The notes below the pieces were generated by a model that saw only the letters and a program-made list of their open reading frames with translations, was not told where the DNA came from and did not search any database. This document shows, piece by piece, positions 22,641-33,570 of a stretch of 53,271 bases of DNA (its first letter is position 1; each line of letters opens with the position of its first letter). The DNA is from an uncultured Nitrososphaeraceae archaeon (lineage in GTDB: Archaea; Thermoproteota; Nitrososphaeria; Nitrososphaerales; Nitrososphaeraceae). The stretch is from assembly GCA_963765895.1 (NCBI GenBank), contig CAVXZB010000016.1, positions 1 to 53,271 on the forward strand, written 5' to 3'. The translations under genes and the position numbers were made by a program.

Positions 22641-23138
22641 CCTGTTGATGATTATTACTAAAAATTGGTCGATCGTGATTTGTACTTCTACGAATTTAAT
22701 TCAATCACTTTCGAGACATTACTTTCATATCATCATTAGTGGTGTTATTAACAAATCATCAAATTTAAGAAATAAGAATATAGTGCGCTGTACTGAACTA
22801 GGTATTAATAATGAAGTTTCAGGTTGGGAGGCACAATGAAGCAATTTGTCCAGCAGATCGAAGACATTTGTGAGTTTTTTGATGATCACTTTTACATGCA
22901 AGACTGGGAAACACAGTAGATAATTCTTACCTTCGTACTGTCTTATTATTGTTCACAATAATATTAACTACTGCCACATCGCAGAGACATGATTACTTTT
23001 TCTGTGAAAAACAAGAGTATCCTTGAATTTCTCAAAAACACGGTGTATATTACCTGCCCGGCCTGACATATCTTGATTCTTTCAACATCCATTGGATCAT
23101 ATGCCTAGAAATCTCTAACGGTATTCAAAAGATGGTTT

Positions 23139-23480
23139 CTACTTAGCCCTTTCATATATCAAATTCATGACTTCTTTAGCCATCCATCCTGACTGATTTC
23201 CCGAAAGTTCTTTAGGTATCATAGCAGATGTTTCTTCTGATACTTCTGGAGGCCTACCACTTCTATGCCTATTCGTTAGTCCTTCTAAACCAGCATTATC
23301 AAATCTCTTGAGCCATTTGTAAGCCCACCATCTAGATCGATGGAATTCGTTTTCAGCCACACTGGATGCTTTCTTTCCTATCCATTCTAACTCGTGTTAT
23401 CAGCAAAATCCTTTCTCGTATATCTACATCCCTTTCATTTCTATAGACTGTGTTTAAAACTCCTGCAGAGATCAAAGTGA
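23139..23480 (-). pseudogene. IS630-family transposase N-terminal HTH relic
   Basis: RSRWWAYKWLKRFDNAGLEGLTNRHRSGRPPEVS; upstream broken frame ERDVDIRERILLI. Confidence 0.75.
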
Positions 23481-23691
23481 ATACCGAATCTATTCATGAC
23501 ACTTTCAAGCTAAATTGGTGTTGAACTAGATCTTTAAACAGTTATATCAAATTATGTTATACAGTCTATAATATTGCCGTTAGTAATCCTGAAGGATCTA
23601 CAGCGTTGGACATATATCAAAATATACCTGCAACAAGTACGAGATAATATAAAATCATGGTTGATTAAATTATGCGAAAGGAATGATGGAG

Positions 23692-23731
23692 TGAGAGAAG
23701 AGAGAGGGAGAGAGAGAGAGAGAGAGAGAGA
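23692..23731. repeat. (GA)n microsatellite
   Basis: About 40 bp of near-perfect GA repeats just downstream of the minus-strand gene ending at 23737. Confidence 0.9.
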
Positions 23732-23736
23732 TCAGA

Positions 23737-24177
23737 TCACAATGAATCCATAAATTCGATGAAATCAGAATTATGAACGTGTTTTGTCTTGTCCCAAACT
23801 TTTCTAAATTTCGGCATGTCCATAAGTGTTTCCGCTAATGCTTTCCAGCGAGGCCAAAGCTTTGTATCCATCATTTTTGTTCTATGAAGATGAAACAAGA
23901 ATTCAATTAAATCGAGGTATGCAACTACAGTATAATATTCATCAGGACTATCGACTAAATCTAACCGTTCTGCAAATACTTTGCTTTCTTTTGCCATTTT
24001 TGTAAACGCTTCAGTATTTTCAAGTTTCATCCTTGTCTCTATTATTCTAGCGTATGTCTGTTGTTCACTTTCTATACGCATATTTTTCTTCACTGAGGAA
24101 AATTGCAATAACGACATGCCAAACAAAGACGCAAGTATTCCAACTATAATCATGTTGATAATTTCTGAAAAGTCCAT
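23737..24177 (-). CDS. membrane-anchored helical hypothetical protein
   Basis: N-terminal TM helix and helical soluble domain; clean 146-aa ORF. Confidence 0.8.
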   Translation of the reverse strand: MDFSEIINMIIVGILASLFGMSLLQFSSVKKNMRIESEQQTYARIIETRMKLENTEAFTKMAKESKVFAERLDLVDSPDEYYTVVAYLDLIEFLFHLHRTKMMDTKLWPRWKALAETLMDMPKFRKVWDKTKHVHNSDFIEFMDSL

Positions 24178-24374
24178 ATCAGTCTCTGATTATGTAAAAT
24201 CATACTTTAGAATTTTGATCCTTTATAACTAGAAACACCCTTTATAATGTCGTATACTTCTAATTGACTTGACTCGGAATTTATTACATCCTAGCAATCC
24301 CAAATTTTAATTGGAATTGAGATTTATAGTTGTCTATCTAGAACTTATAGATTCTATCATGGAAAAAACTTCTG

Positions 24375-25577
24375 TCATTGATTATTATTCATAACCAAAG
24401 CTCTTTCTGTGTCCTCTTCCCCTTGCTTTATCAATTTCTTTACGGTGGCAACTGAAAAGTCAGCGTCTTCAAAAAGAAAATGTGCCTTTTCTGGTCTTTC
24501 TATGCGCACAATTTCCTTTATTATTGCACCCCGTCGACGGGCAAGTTTATTGTATTCAAGTTCCATTCTATCAAATCTTTCCTTTAACTTTCCATCGCCA
24601 CCTTCTTCTTTAATTTTGAAATTACTAGTAATCATCAATAAATCATGCATTTCTTTTAAAAGTGACAAATGTCTTGATATAATCTTTGACAATCTGACAT
24701 TATTATCTGTCTTGTCCGAGTAAATTATGTCTTTGGCTCTATGCCAAGCTTCAAACATATCTTGCGGAAGATCTTTTTGGTAGTGAGGAAAAATATTGAC
24801 CAAATAAACTATTTTGTCTGATGTAGGGGACGCATCTATAACCTCGCGTAGAGGAGTATTGCTAAGTAAAGCACCATCCCACAGATATTTGCCATCTTTT
24901 TGCGTCCACGCTATGCCATAGAAAGGAAAACCAGCACTTGCAATAACATGATCTGCATTAATATTTGTGTGCTTGCTATCAAATATGACTGGTTCACTTG
25001 TTTGTATATTTGTAGAAGTTACAATTAATCTAGGTGTATTTGGGTTTCTTAAGTTGGTAAAATCAACATAACGGCTCAGAGTTTTCTTTAGAGGTGCGAT
25101 ATCAAATAATGGATAAGGAAATGGTCTAAGTGGTTGAAGGTAATTAAAGAAAAAACCTGATCTAATCCACCTAGGAAAGAAAGCCTTTGGATTTCCATAG
25201 ATAGCAGAATACATTGATGCTAAAATAGCCCTTGACTCATCTGTAAAATATGCTGATGAAAATTGTTGTGGTAAAGGTATAAGGGTTTCTGCGAGTTCTA
25301 ACCAAAAGCTTTCAAGTTCTTTTGCAGAATTTTTAACGCTATGGTGATTATGAGCACTAGCTGCTATTATTGCTGCATTAAGAGCTCCAATGGAAGTACC
25401 TGCAATTATATCAAATTTTATGTTATGTTTTGCAAGAGTCTTGTACACTCCACATTCATATGCACCAAGTGAACCTCCTCCTTGGAGTACAAGAACTGTT
25501 TCTGTAGGTAATTCTTCTTTTCGTTCTTCTTCTTCTTGTTTATTTCTGTCGATTTCCATATTGCTATACATTCTCAT
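24375..25577 (-). CDS. patatin-like phospholipase with DUF3734-type C-terminus
   Basis: GGGSLG, GTSIG (GxSxG), DGA motifs; DADFS near the C-terminus. Confidence 0.92.
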   Translation of the reverse strand: MRMYSNMEIDRNKQEEEERKEELPTETVLVLQGGGSLGAYECGVYKTLAKHNIKFDIIAGTSIGALNAAIIAASAHNHHSVKNSAKELESFWLELAETLIPLPQQFSSAYFTDESRAILASMYSAIYGNPKAFFPRWIRSGFFFNYLQPLRPFPYPLFDIAPLKKTLSRYVDFTNLRNPNTPRLIVTSTNIQTSEPVIFDSKHTNINADHVIASAGFPFYGIAWTQKDGKYLWDGALLSNTPLREVIDASPTSDKIVYLVNIFPHYQKDLPQDMFEAWHRAKDIIYSDKTDNNVRLSKIISRHLSLLKEMHDLLMITSNFKIKEEGGDGKLKERFDRMELEYNKLARRRGAIIKEIVRIERPEKAHFLFEDADFSVATVKKLIKQGEEDTERALVMNNNQ

Positions 25578-25724
25578 CTCAGCAATTTGTTTATTAAGGA
25601 TGAATAGAAATTCTTTGTCCTTTTTTAATTTTTAGCAGACTATCTAGAATAAAATGACTGCTAAATATTGTAAGTGCAAGGTAATTTTGTTAGTCAGACT
25701 GACTATATTTCATACGTGAAATAA

Positions 25725-25960
25725 ATGTCAGAAGCAGTATTGGATTGGGATAGGACTTTCAATAAAAAATGTTAAATCTATTGACATGCAAGATGCAGGA
25801 AACGTTGCTGCCGTAGATATCAATTCAATCATATTATATGTCAGAAGCTGCAAAACATAAGTATAAAATCCCAAAACATAAGTATAAAATCCCAAATCAT
25901 TCATAACAGGATTTAATGGAGCAAAGTCTTTTTGGTTAATACCTTATTTAGATGAGTAAT
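25725..25960 (+). pseudogene. small PRC-barrel-like protein relic containing a 21-bp tandem duplication
   Basis: MSEAVLDWDRTFNK / NVKSIDMQDAGNVAAVD / KHKYKIPKHKYKIPKSFITGFNGA; duplication at 25851-25892. Confidence 0.55.
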
Positions 25961-26254
25961 TGAGGTTAGAACGTGAAGATGGGAATAGCAACAATAGTTT
26001 TGCTGTACTGACATTTTGGAATCTATGATCTAATCTACTAAATCATACTAAACTAGGTAATGAAGAGTTATCAATATTACGATTTATAAAAAATATCACA
26101 TGCACTCTAACTTTTAACCATCGTCCGTATACTATAAGCAAAATCTGCTTCTAATATAGATATAGAAGTATGATGAAATATCACATTCCTGTATCTCAGT
26201 AGAAATAACAATATCAGATCTGCTTCTCCTTTTCCAATAATGCTTCTTATCTTT

Positions 26255-27766
26255 CTACTTCCTATCTTGCTCTTGAATCTGCTTCTTTTCTCCCTCTTCC
26301 TTTTTCTCTTCTATGTCTCTTTGCCGTTCCTCCTTATCTTGTACTCGTCCTCTTCTCTTAATCATCGCTACATCAGACTCAAGAAGTAGATCCAAAAGCC
26401 AGTCACCCATAACTTTTAACTTCTTTTTTGTTGTTGGTAAGTTAGATAAATAATATGTACGCCAAAGCCACCATGCTATAAATCCATGTATCTTTATTTT
26501 TCCAAATAGTATTGCAACACCAGTTCTTTTTCCAATTTCTGCCATCATTCCCTTGGTTTTGTAATCGAACTTTATCTTCTTTCTATTATTATTATTATTA
26601 TGTTTTCCTTTTTCGTTTATAGCATAAATAATATTCTTTGCAGCAACCTTTCCCTCCCTTATGGCATATTGAGCTGTCGGAGGGTAAGGCTTTCCTGTGT
26701 GTGGGTCTATTATAGAAGCGCAGTCGCCAAGCGCATATACTTCCCCCTCATATCCAGAGACTTCCAAGTAGCTGTTAACTATAATTCTATGTTCTTTGTC
26801 ATGCTGGCATGGAAGATTTGCAATCAATTTAGAAGGAGTTACACCAGTAGACCAAACTAGCGTATAACAAGGAATTGTGGTACCGTTATCCAATATTGCA
26901 CTACTTGGAGTTGCTCCTTTAACCTGGTGATTCATTATGAATTCTACTCCGCTTCCTTTTAGTTTTTGTAACGCAAATCTACCTAACTCTTCATCTACTT
27001 GTTCTAATATTTTGTCAGTAGCACTGATAAGTATGACTTTAACATCTGTCATGTAGATATTCTTATAGTATTTTTCGATACTATCACGTACAAAATGATT
27101 CAACTCTCCTACTGTTTCGATGCCATTAAAACCGCCACCAACTACTATAAAAGTTAAAAGACTTTTTCTTAATTCTATATTGTTTTCCTCAAAATTAGCT
27201 TGCTCTAGCATGTTTATAATGTGATTTCTTAAAATAATGGCGTCATCAATAGTCATCATGGTAAACGCATTTTCTTCTACATCAGTCATCCCAAAGAAGT
27301 TATTCTCACTTCCTAATGTAATAACAAGGTAATCATATCTTAGTGTATGTTGATCCCATGAAGTTGGGTGAGATTGCTTACCAATTGAATGAGTTATCAT
27401 AACTTCCTTATTATTAAGATCTATTGATTCTACACTAGCTTCATAGAACTTGGCTTTTTTGCAAAATAGTCTAACAGACGTTACTATGTGCCTTGTCTCA
27501 ATCATACCAGATGCTACTTCGGCAAGCATTGGAGTAAATAGCAGAAAGTTATCTCTGCTTACTAGAGTAATATCGACATTTTTGGTGTTTTTAAACTTGT
27601 TCTGAACTCTTTTTAGAACTTCAATTCCTGCAAAGCCGCTACCTAAAATAATTACGTGTTTGGTGGATGATGACGATGATGACAAAGAGGGATGTTTTAG
27701 CAGATGTCGCTTGTTTTCATTATCATTAGCAGCAGTATCATTAATTTGATTAGTCACACTTCCCAC
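26255..27766 (-). CDS. ndh: type II NADH:quinone oxidoreductase (NDH-2)
   Basis: GSGFAG, FTPML, GGGFNGIE, ALGD, PPTAQYA, AWWLWR motifs. Confidence 0.9.
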   Translation of the reverse strand: MGSVTNQINDTAANDNENKRHLLKHPSLSSSSSSTKHVIILGSGFAGIEVLKRVQNKFKNTKNVDITLVSRDNFLLFTPMLAEVASGMIETRHIVTSVRLFCKKAKFYEASVESIDLNNKEVMITHSIGKQSHPTSWDQHTLRYDYLVITLGSENNFFGMTDVEENAFTMMTIDDAIILRNHIINMLEQANFEENNIELRKSLLTFIVVGGGFNGIETVGELNHFVRDSIEKYYKNIYMTDVKVILISATDKILEQVDEELGRFALQKLKGSGVEFIMNHQVKGATPSSAILDNGTTIPCYTLVWSTGVTPSKLIANLPCQHDKEHRIIVNSYLEVSGYEGEVYALGDCASIIDPHTGKPYPPTAQYAIREGKVAAKNIIYAINEKGKHNNNNNRKKIKFDYKTKGMMAEIGKRTGVAILFGKIKIHGFIAWWLWRTYYLSNLPTTKKKLKVMGDWLLDLLLESDVAMIKRRGRVQDKEERQRDIEEKKEEGEKKQIQEQDRK

Positions 27767-27844
27767 CCTTACTTATTTTCTTGAGCTAACTATTATTGTT
27801 CTTCTTTGTTGCCACTATCATTATTGTTACTAATACTAGTTGTT

Positions 27845-29260
27845 TTATTCCACATGATGATGATGCACCAATTCATCGTAAAACCTAACAGATTTTATAT
27901 TTACAAACTCTAGCATGCCATATCTTGATAACTCTCTACCAAATCCACTTTTTTTTACCCCTCCGAATGGAACTCTTGGGTCCGAAGCCACCACGCTATT
28001 TACAGACACTATTCCAGACTGTACCATTCTTGAGAATTTCTCTGCTTTATCAAGATCTTCCGTCCATATACTCGCACCTAAACCATATTGTGTATCGTTT
28101 GCAAGCTTTATAGCCTGCATTTCGTCATCGGCTACCATTATAGGTGCAACAGGACCAAAGACTTCATCTCGTGCTACGCGCATTTTTGGAGAAACATTTT
28201 TGAGAACAGTAGGTTTGTAGAAATAACCCTTACTTTTTATTCGTTCACCTCCAGTAAGTAATTCAGCACCCTCTTTAATTACGTCCTTGACAATTGAATC
28301 GATCTTGTTCAAGCCTTCGGCGTTGACCAGGGGACCCATATCTGTATCATCCAACATAGGATCACCAACTTTCAGTTTTTCAGCAGTCTGGGTAAACTTT
28401 TCAATAAACTCATTGGCTATTTTCTTAACTACGATAAATCGTTTTGATGCAATACAACTCTGACCGCAATTAATGAATCTACCCTTGACCGCACCCTTTG
28501 AGGCTTTTTCAATATCCGCATCTTCACATACTATAAACGGATCGCTTCCACCTAATTCAAGTACACATTTCTTTATCTGCGATGTTGCCCTTTGTACCAC
28601 CTTGGCTCCAGCCGCAACACTTCCTGTAAATGTTACTGCTCTAAGTTCTGCTGAATCGATAAGTGTTTCTACAATGCTGGAATCTCCAACCAATGTCTGG
28701 AAGACTCCATCTGGTGTTCCAATCTTGTTAAAACATTTTTCAATTTCAATTCCACATTGCATAGTTGCACTAGCTGGTTTTAATACATTAGTGTTTCCAA
28801 CCATCAGCGAAGGAGCTGCAAATCTTAATGCTTGCCAGTAAGGAAAATTCCATGGCATTATACTTCCTATTACTCCTAATGGTTCAAATGTTACGAAAGT
28901 TTTCCGAGCATCCGCATTAATGACTTCATCTGTTGCAAAAATCTTCCCGTTATCTGAAAAATATTCCATTGCCCATGCACATTTCTCTACCTCAGATCTA
29001 GCTTCTTTTATTGCCTTTCCCATTTCTCTTGTTGCAGTCTTAGCGAGTTCTTCTTTGCTCTTTCTTAGTTGCTGTGCAAAGTCATGTAGAAGATCTATTC
29101 TTTTGTCCCAGTTCTTTTTCCATTCATCAAAAGCAATTCTCGCCTTCTTTACTTTGTCATTTATCTGCGCTTCAGTAATCATCTCGTATCGATTGATAAC
29201 CTGTTCTGTTGCAGGATTTACGGTCTTTAATTCTGCTACTGCTGCTCCGTTTTCTTTCAA
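27845..29260 (-). CDS. NAD(P)-dependent aldehyde dehydrogenase, succinate-semialdehyde dehydrogenase (Sad/GabD1)-like
   Basis: MPWNFP, FTGS, LELGGSDP, catalytic GQSC, EVFGP, PFGGVKKSGFGRE; TTG start overlaps the upstream ADH stop. Confidence 0.92.
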   Translation of the reverse strand: MKENGAAVAELKTVNPATEQVINRYEMITEAQINDKVKKARIAFDEWKKNWDKRIDLLHDFAQQLRKSKEELAKTATREMGKAIKEARSEVEKCAWAMEYFSDNGKIFATDEVINADARKTFVTFEPLGVIGSIMPWNFPYWQALRFAAPSLMVGNTNVLKPASATMQCGIEIEKCFNKIGTPDGVFQTLVGDSSIVETLIDSAELRAVTFTGSVAAGAKVVQRATSQIKKCVLELGGSDPFIVCEDADIEKASKGAVKGRFINCGQSCIASKRFIVVKKIANEFIEKFTQTAEKLKVGDPMLDDTDMGPLVNAEGLNKIDSIVKDVIKEGAELLTGGERIKSKGYFYKPTVLKNVSPKMRVARDEVFGPVAPIMVADDEMQAIKLANDTQYGLGASIWTEDLDKAEKFSRMVQSGIVSVNSVVASDPRVPFGGVKKSGFGRELSRYGMLEFVNIKSVRFYDELVHHHHVE

Positions 29261-30315
29261 GGATTTATAATACCTCTACCCAGAATTTTGCCTTCTTTTA
29301 GCATTGTCAATGCTTCCGTAGCTTGATCAAGTTTGAATCGATTTGAAACAAGTGGTTTGATTACTCCTCTTTGTGCCAACGAAACCAACTCTATCATATC
29401 ACTTAGAGTTCCAGTATAAGATCCAATTAACCTGTATGCTCTTGTCGGCATGCTGACTAAATTCAATTTTAATTCGCCTCCAAAGAGTCCTACCAAGACT
29501 AACCTTGCTCTTCTTCTAAGAAATTGCATATCACTTTCTACAGTCTTTGAGGCATTGACAAAGTCAATTACAGCATCTGCACCAAGGTTATCAGTTAATT
29601 CCATAATTTTTTTAACGGGATCTTCCTTTTTTGAATTGACTACGTCATCTGCACCACCATCTTCTTTTGCAGCTTTTAACTTATCATCACCTATGTCCAT
29701 AGCAATTATCCTAGCGCCAGTGACTGCTCTTGCTAACTGCATAGCCATTAAGCCTAATCCTCCCGCGCCAACAATTACTACAATATCATCTGGTTTTAGA
29801 TTAGCATTCTTTACTGCTGCATATGCTGTTAGACCAGAACATGAAAGTGTTGCAGCTGCATCAATATCCATTTCATCACCTATCTTCACCAGATACTTGT
29901 AATTTGGCACCAATACATACTCTGAATAACCTCCATCAACATAAACACCCAACGATCTAGGTTTATCACATAGATTCTCTTCGCCAATCCTACAGGCGGG
30001 ACACAGCCCTTCACCTATCCAAGGATATACAAGGACTTTATCATTTTTGCTAAATCCTTCTGCTTGTTCGCCAAGAGTATCCACTGCTCCTGCTATCTCG
30101 TGGCCTGGAGTCAACGGGTATTTTACTCCTCTATCAGTTGTTTTTAGAAATAGCCCATGTGGACCCTCATAGCCTCCTTCCCATAAATGGATATCACTGT
30201 GACAAACGCCTGACGAGTGAACCTTAACAAGGACCTGTGAACCCTTGGGTTTTGGAGTTTCAAGTTGTTGTACTTCCAAAGATTCCTTTGGTTTAACTAT
30301 TCTTGCTGATTGCAT
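29257..30315 (-). CDS. Zn-dependent alcohol dehydrogenase (archaeal NAD-dependent type)
   Basis: GVCHSD, PGHE, GEGLCPACRIGEENLC (Glu in place of the first structural Cys, as in Sulfolobus ADH), GAGGLG. Confidence 0.92.
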   Translation of the reverse strand: MQSARIVKPKESLEVQQLETPKPKGSQVLVKVHSSGVCHSDIHLWEGGYEGPHGLFLKTTDRGVKYPLTPGHEIAGAVDTLGEQAEGFSKNDKVLVYPWIGEGLCPACRIGEENLCDKPRSLGVYVDGGYSEYVLVPNYKYLVKIGDEMDIDAAATLSCSGLTAYAAVKNANLKPDDIVVIVGAGGLGLMAMQLARAVTGARIIAMDIGDDKLKAAKEDGGADDVVNSKKEDPVKKIMELTDNLGADAVIDFVNASKTVESDMQFLRRRARLVLVGLFGGELKLNLVSMPTRAYRLIGSYTGTLSDMIELVSLAQRGVIKPLVSNRFKLDQATEALTMLKEGKILGRGIINP

Positions 30316-30338
30316 ATTTGGAAAGATATTTCAATACG

Positions 30339-30354
30339 TTATAAAACACTTTTG
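30339..30354 (-). promoter_or_regulatory. archaeal BRE/TATA promoter of the adh-aldh(-ndh) operon
   Basis: Minus strand CAAAAGTG-TTTTATAA, TATA 24-31 bp before the ATG at 30315 (leaderless spacing). Confidence 0.6.
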
Positions 30355-30841
30355 CAAGCCGTCGCAATATCTTGCAATCAGATGCAATAGGAGGACCTTT
30401 CAAATGGCTCGTGACACCAACCTAAAACCAGAGATGGAGCATTACGGTTTATTGTCATCTACAACAATTGATATTACTTGATAAAAACAGCAAGACTGCA
30501 CCAAAACGCTCATGTGTTCTACAGGCTACAAATGCAATATTCCGCTGCGGCAGCACCTAATCTTACAAAAGCAGGTTCCACCACCTACCTAAATAAGACA
30601 TGATCGTAAATGCATCTAATTTGACTTAAGGAAATAACACTTTAACATATGCTATTGCTGGAGACCTTCAGCAGCAGATAATGGAAGCTTTTAAGCGGTT
30701 AATATTTTTTTGTTCTCTGTTGGAAAATAACTAGTAATTGACGAAGATCTCTCACTAGTAACCTGCTGTTAATTAATTTTCTATTTGCATATGGCTAAAT
30801 TGTCTTAAAAATTGTTTATCAGTATTTGATTATAATGATAA

Positions 30842-31255
30842 TTACGATTGCACTTGATCATTGATCTGGTTGACATTTTTACTAATTTCATCAATAAGTG
30901 TCTGAATCTGTTGATGTTGTTGACGTATGAATGTAGTTAGTTGAGTTAAAACATTGCCGACATGCATGCCTTCTCTACCGGTACCAGAACCACCTATAAG
31001 ACCTCCGAATAATGAATTATGCATATCATGTAAATGTTGTTCATTATAATCTCGTCCCAAAATTTTTGATAATTCTCTTATTGTGTTGTCTTGCTCTCCC
31101 ATTACAGTTAACAATTTGCCTATACTTACAGTAGCAGGATTGCCACCTAACTGTGAATCGAGAAATTGTTTGTTAAACCTTGCTGCGTTAGCAATGACAT
31201 TTGGTGGTGTATTTGCATCCTGTGCTGGTTTTACATTTTGAGCTTCTTTACTCAT
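30842..31255 (-). CDS. hypothetical Gln/Asn-rich helical protein
   Basis: 137-aa ORF with ATG and coiled-coil-like segments. Confidence 0.7.
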   Translation of the reverse strand: MSKEAQNVKPAQDANTPPNVIANAARFNKQFLDSQLGGNPATVSIGKLLTVMGEQDNTIRELSKILGRDYNEQHLHDMHNSLFGGLIGGSGTGREGMHVGNVLTQLTTFIRQQHQQIQTLIDEISKNVNQINDQVQS

Positions 31256-31405
31256 TATAGTAATAAACTGAACAAACTATATAATCATATCTTATACTCA
31301 ATAAACATAAATTCGAAGACTGTGAACGGAGGATTTGATGACGCTTACATTCCATGTCCACTTTATATTAACGGTTAATACTGATCCCTTTAGCCGACAA
31401 GGATA

Positions 31406-31807
31406 TTGCATCTAAAACATCATATGACCGAGTCGAGTCCTTATCTAAAATTAGGTCAGTGGATTGAACTGTGCGCAGCGCTAGCTAATTCGCTAAGCAA
31501 CGGTGAACTTATTGATTTTGACTCTAACGATAACAATAACAAAAACAACAAGAAAATTTTGATAGCCAAAGCACAGGATAAAATCTATGCAACTGATGGA
31601 ATATGTACTCATGAATATGCTGATCTGTCAACAGGCTTCCTAAATGAACAAGAAAAAACGGTCACTTGTCAATTGCATCTATCTGTTTTTAAATTAGATA
31701 ATGGTATACCGCAAAATCTACCTGCTAAATTGCGTCTGAAAACTAATAATGTTAAAATTGAGGAAAATGAAGTTCATATCTTAATAGATGATAATCATAA
31801 ATCATAG
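31406..31807 (+). CDS. Rieske [2Fe-2S] ferredoxin, diverged copy
   Basis: CTH...CQLH ligands; DNA highly similar to 37675..38010; true start probably ATG at 31424. Confidence 0.8.
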   Translation: MHLKHHMTESSPYLKLGQWIELCAALANSLSNGELIDFDSNDNNNKNNKKILIAKAQDKIYATDGICTHEYADLSTGFLNEQEKTVTCQLHLSVFKLDNGIPQNLPAKLRLKTNNVKIEENEVHILIDDNHKS

Positions 31808-31948
31808 CTAAATAATATCGATTGTTTCGAACTTGAAATGTGTATTTTGATATCTAATAATACAGTTAATTATAAAATAGGTTCTAATCTTTGATCATAT
31901 TTTATTAATAGAATAAATAAAAAAAGGAGAAGACTTAGATTTTCTTCC

Positions 31949-32366
31949 TTATTTCGCATGATGATGTTTATCATGTAATTTCTTTAGCCATTCTTTATGT
32001 CCTTTATGTACAGCATTATCATGGTGTACTATGGTTTTATTGATTTCACCACTACCGCTCGCTACTGCCAAGTCCACTGCTACTAAAGATAATTTCCTCA
32101 TATTTGATAAAAAGGTCTGGTGTCATCTCTGCATTTATTGTAAGAAAGTTCTTTATGTTATGAGAGAAATTAATAACACTATACTTTATTATCAGGTTAT
32201 TAGTTTCACGATGTTTATCGGCTATTACTTCTTTGTAGAACATTCTTGATTTTGGTGGCATATCGGTTTTTGATAGTTTATCCAATGTTTCTCTATGCTC
32301 TTGCCAATATGGACTAAGCTCAAAGGTTGCTATCTTTTCATTTGTTACCGTTGATGATGAAGACAT
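31949..32366 (-). CDS. hypothetical protein with His-rich C-terminus (frameshift near 32060)
   Basis: ORF 32052..32366 continues in a shifted frame SGSGEINKTIVHHDNAVHKGHKEWLKKLHDKHHHAK* to 31949. Confidence 0.55.
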
Positions 32367-32400
32367 TATAATTTTTCACTCTCTTTTGTTTTGTTATTTA

Positions 32401-32913
32401 CTATGATGTAGTAGCAGATTCTATAAAAGTTTGGTCTGCTTTCTGATGATATTCTAGACTAGATTGATCCACTTTAATTGCTTGAGGAGGGCATACTGCA
32501 ACACAAGCCATGCACCAAATACAATCTTGTTCACGTATGGGATCAGATTTATCTGTGTAATCTACTCTTCCTTCTTTGTCAGTACTCCCATTTCCGGAGC
32601 CAGTGATATTTGCCATCTGTACCGTGGGTATATCGATATCACTTCTAGCCCACTCATATAGTTTCACAGGACAGACCTCTATACAAGAACCGTCTGCATA
32701 ACAAGCATCCCAATCAACTGCAACCATGGTTCCATGTACTCCTATTGGAACGAGTTCTTCGCCTCTTGTTGAATATGCTGCAGTTGCATCTTCATTTTCA
32801 GCAGCATCAGAAATCCTTCCTGGCCCCCACACATAATGATAATTCTGACCATCAGCATTCTTGTGCTTTCCTACAACCTGATAGTTTTTTGGAAATTCTT
32901 GATTTATTGGCAT
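32401..32913 (-). CDS. Zfx-like dicluster ferredoxin
   Basis: VVGKH...HYVWGP...GVHGT Zn-site His residues; CYADGSCIEVCP and [12 protein letters not shown]; start MPINQEF at 32913. Confidence 0.88.
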   Translation of the reverse strand: MPINQEFPKNYQVVGKHKNADGQNYHYVWGPGRISDAAENEDATAAYSTRGEELVPIGVHGTMVAVDWDACYADGSCIEVCPVKLYEWARSDIDIPTVQMANITGSGNGSTDKEGRVDYTDKSDPIREQDCIWCMACVAVCPPQAIKVDQSSLEYHQKADQTFIESATTS

Positions 32914-33378
32914 GTCCACTTTCTCCTGTTTTAAACTAATAGAGCAATGATTATAAGGAATTCGATTCGATTGCAAGCGTATGCATCCAAATGCAGTATC
33001 ATGAACCTTTATACTCTACCTTTGTAAAGTTATTCTTGTTTGCTTACGCAAAAGCCTTAGATTGTGATCAATCCGTTAAGGATATCTTACCGATATCCTG
33101 ATTTTTAGAAAAAGCATTAGAATGTAGTTCTTCGTTAATAGTCGTTTGATCTAACTTGAAATAATTGATTTATAGTTAGGGTTAACACATTTTACAATCT
33201 TAAAATCAAGGTCACATTCAAATGTTGATTTTCCTAGCTTACTCCATCTAATACAAGTATATACTGTGTAACCGTACATCCTTTGCATGTGACGGTTATT
33301 TGCATCTATTACTTAGAGATATATTACACAAATTAGTTCACTAGATTATATAAGAAGAGTCTTATTTTTTCCAGATTC

Positions 33379-33570
33379 TCAATAACCATAGAATTCTTCT
33401 TCTCTTATTCTATCCTTTGTTATGCTCAATTCCATAGTTAAAAGATTCTTCATTGCATTTAACATTCCAGGTGGACCACATATATAAAATACAGCTTTAG
33501 CAATATCATCACTCAAATATTTAATATAATATCTTTGTTTATTTTTCCAATTTCACCAATAGATTAGAAT
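33379..33570 (-). pseudogene. C-terminal relic of an FNR-type FAD/NAD(P)H oxidoreductase
   Basis: KYLSDDIAKAVFYICGPPGMLNAMKNLL...DRIREEEFYGY*, paralogous to the end of 44823-45942. Confidence 0.75.

Noticed and set aside
32914-32976. Upstream TTG start for the ferredoxin
   Set aside because: The paralog at 47199 begins at the position equivalent to MPIN, supporting 32913
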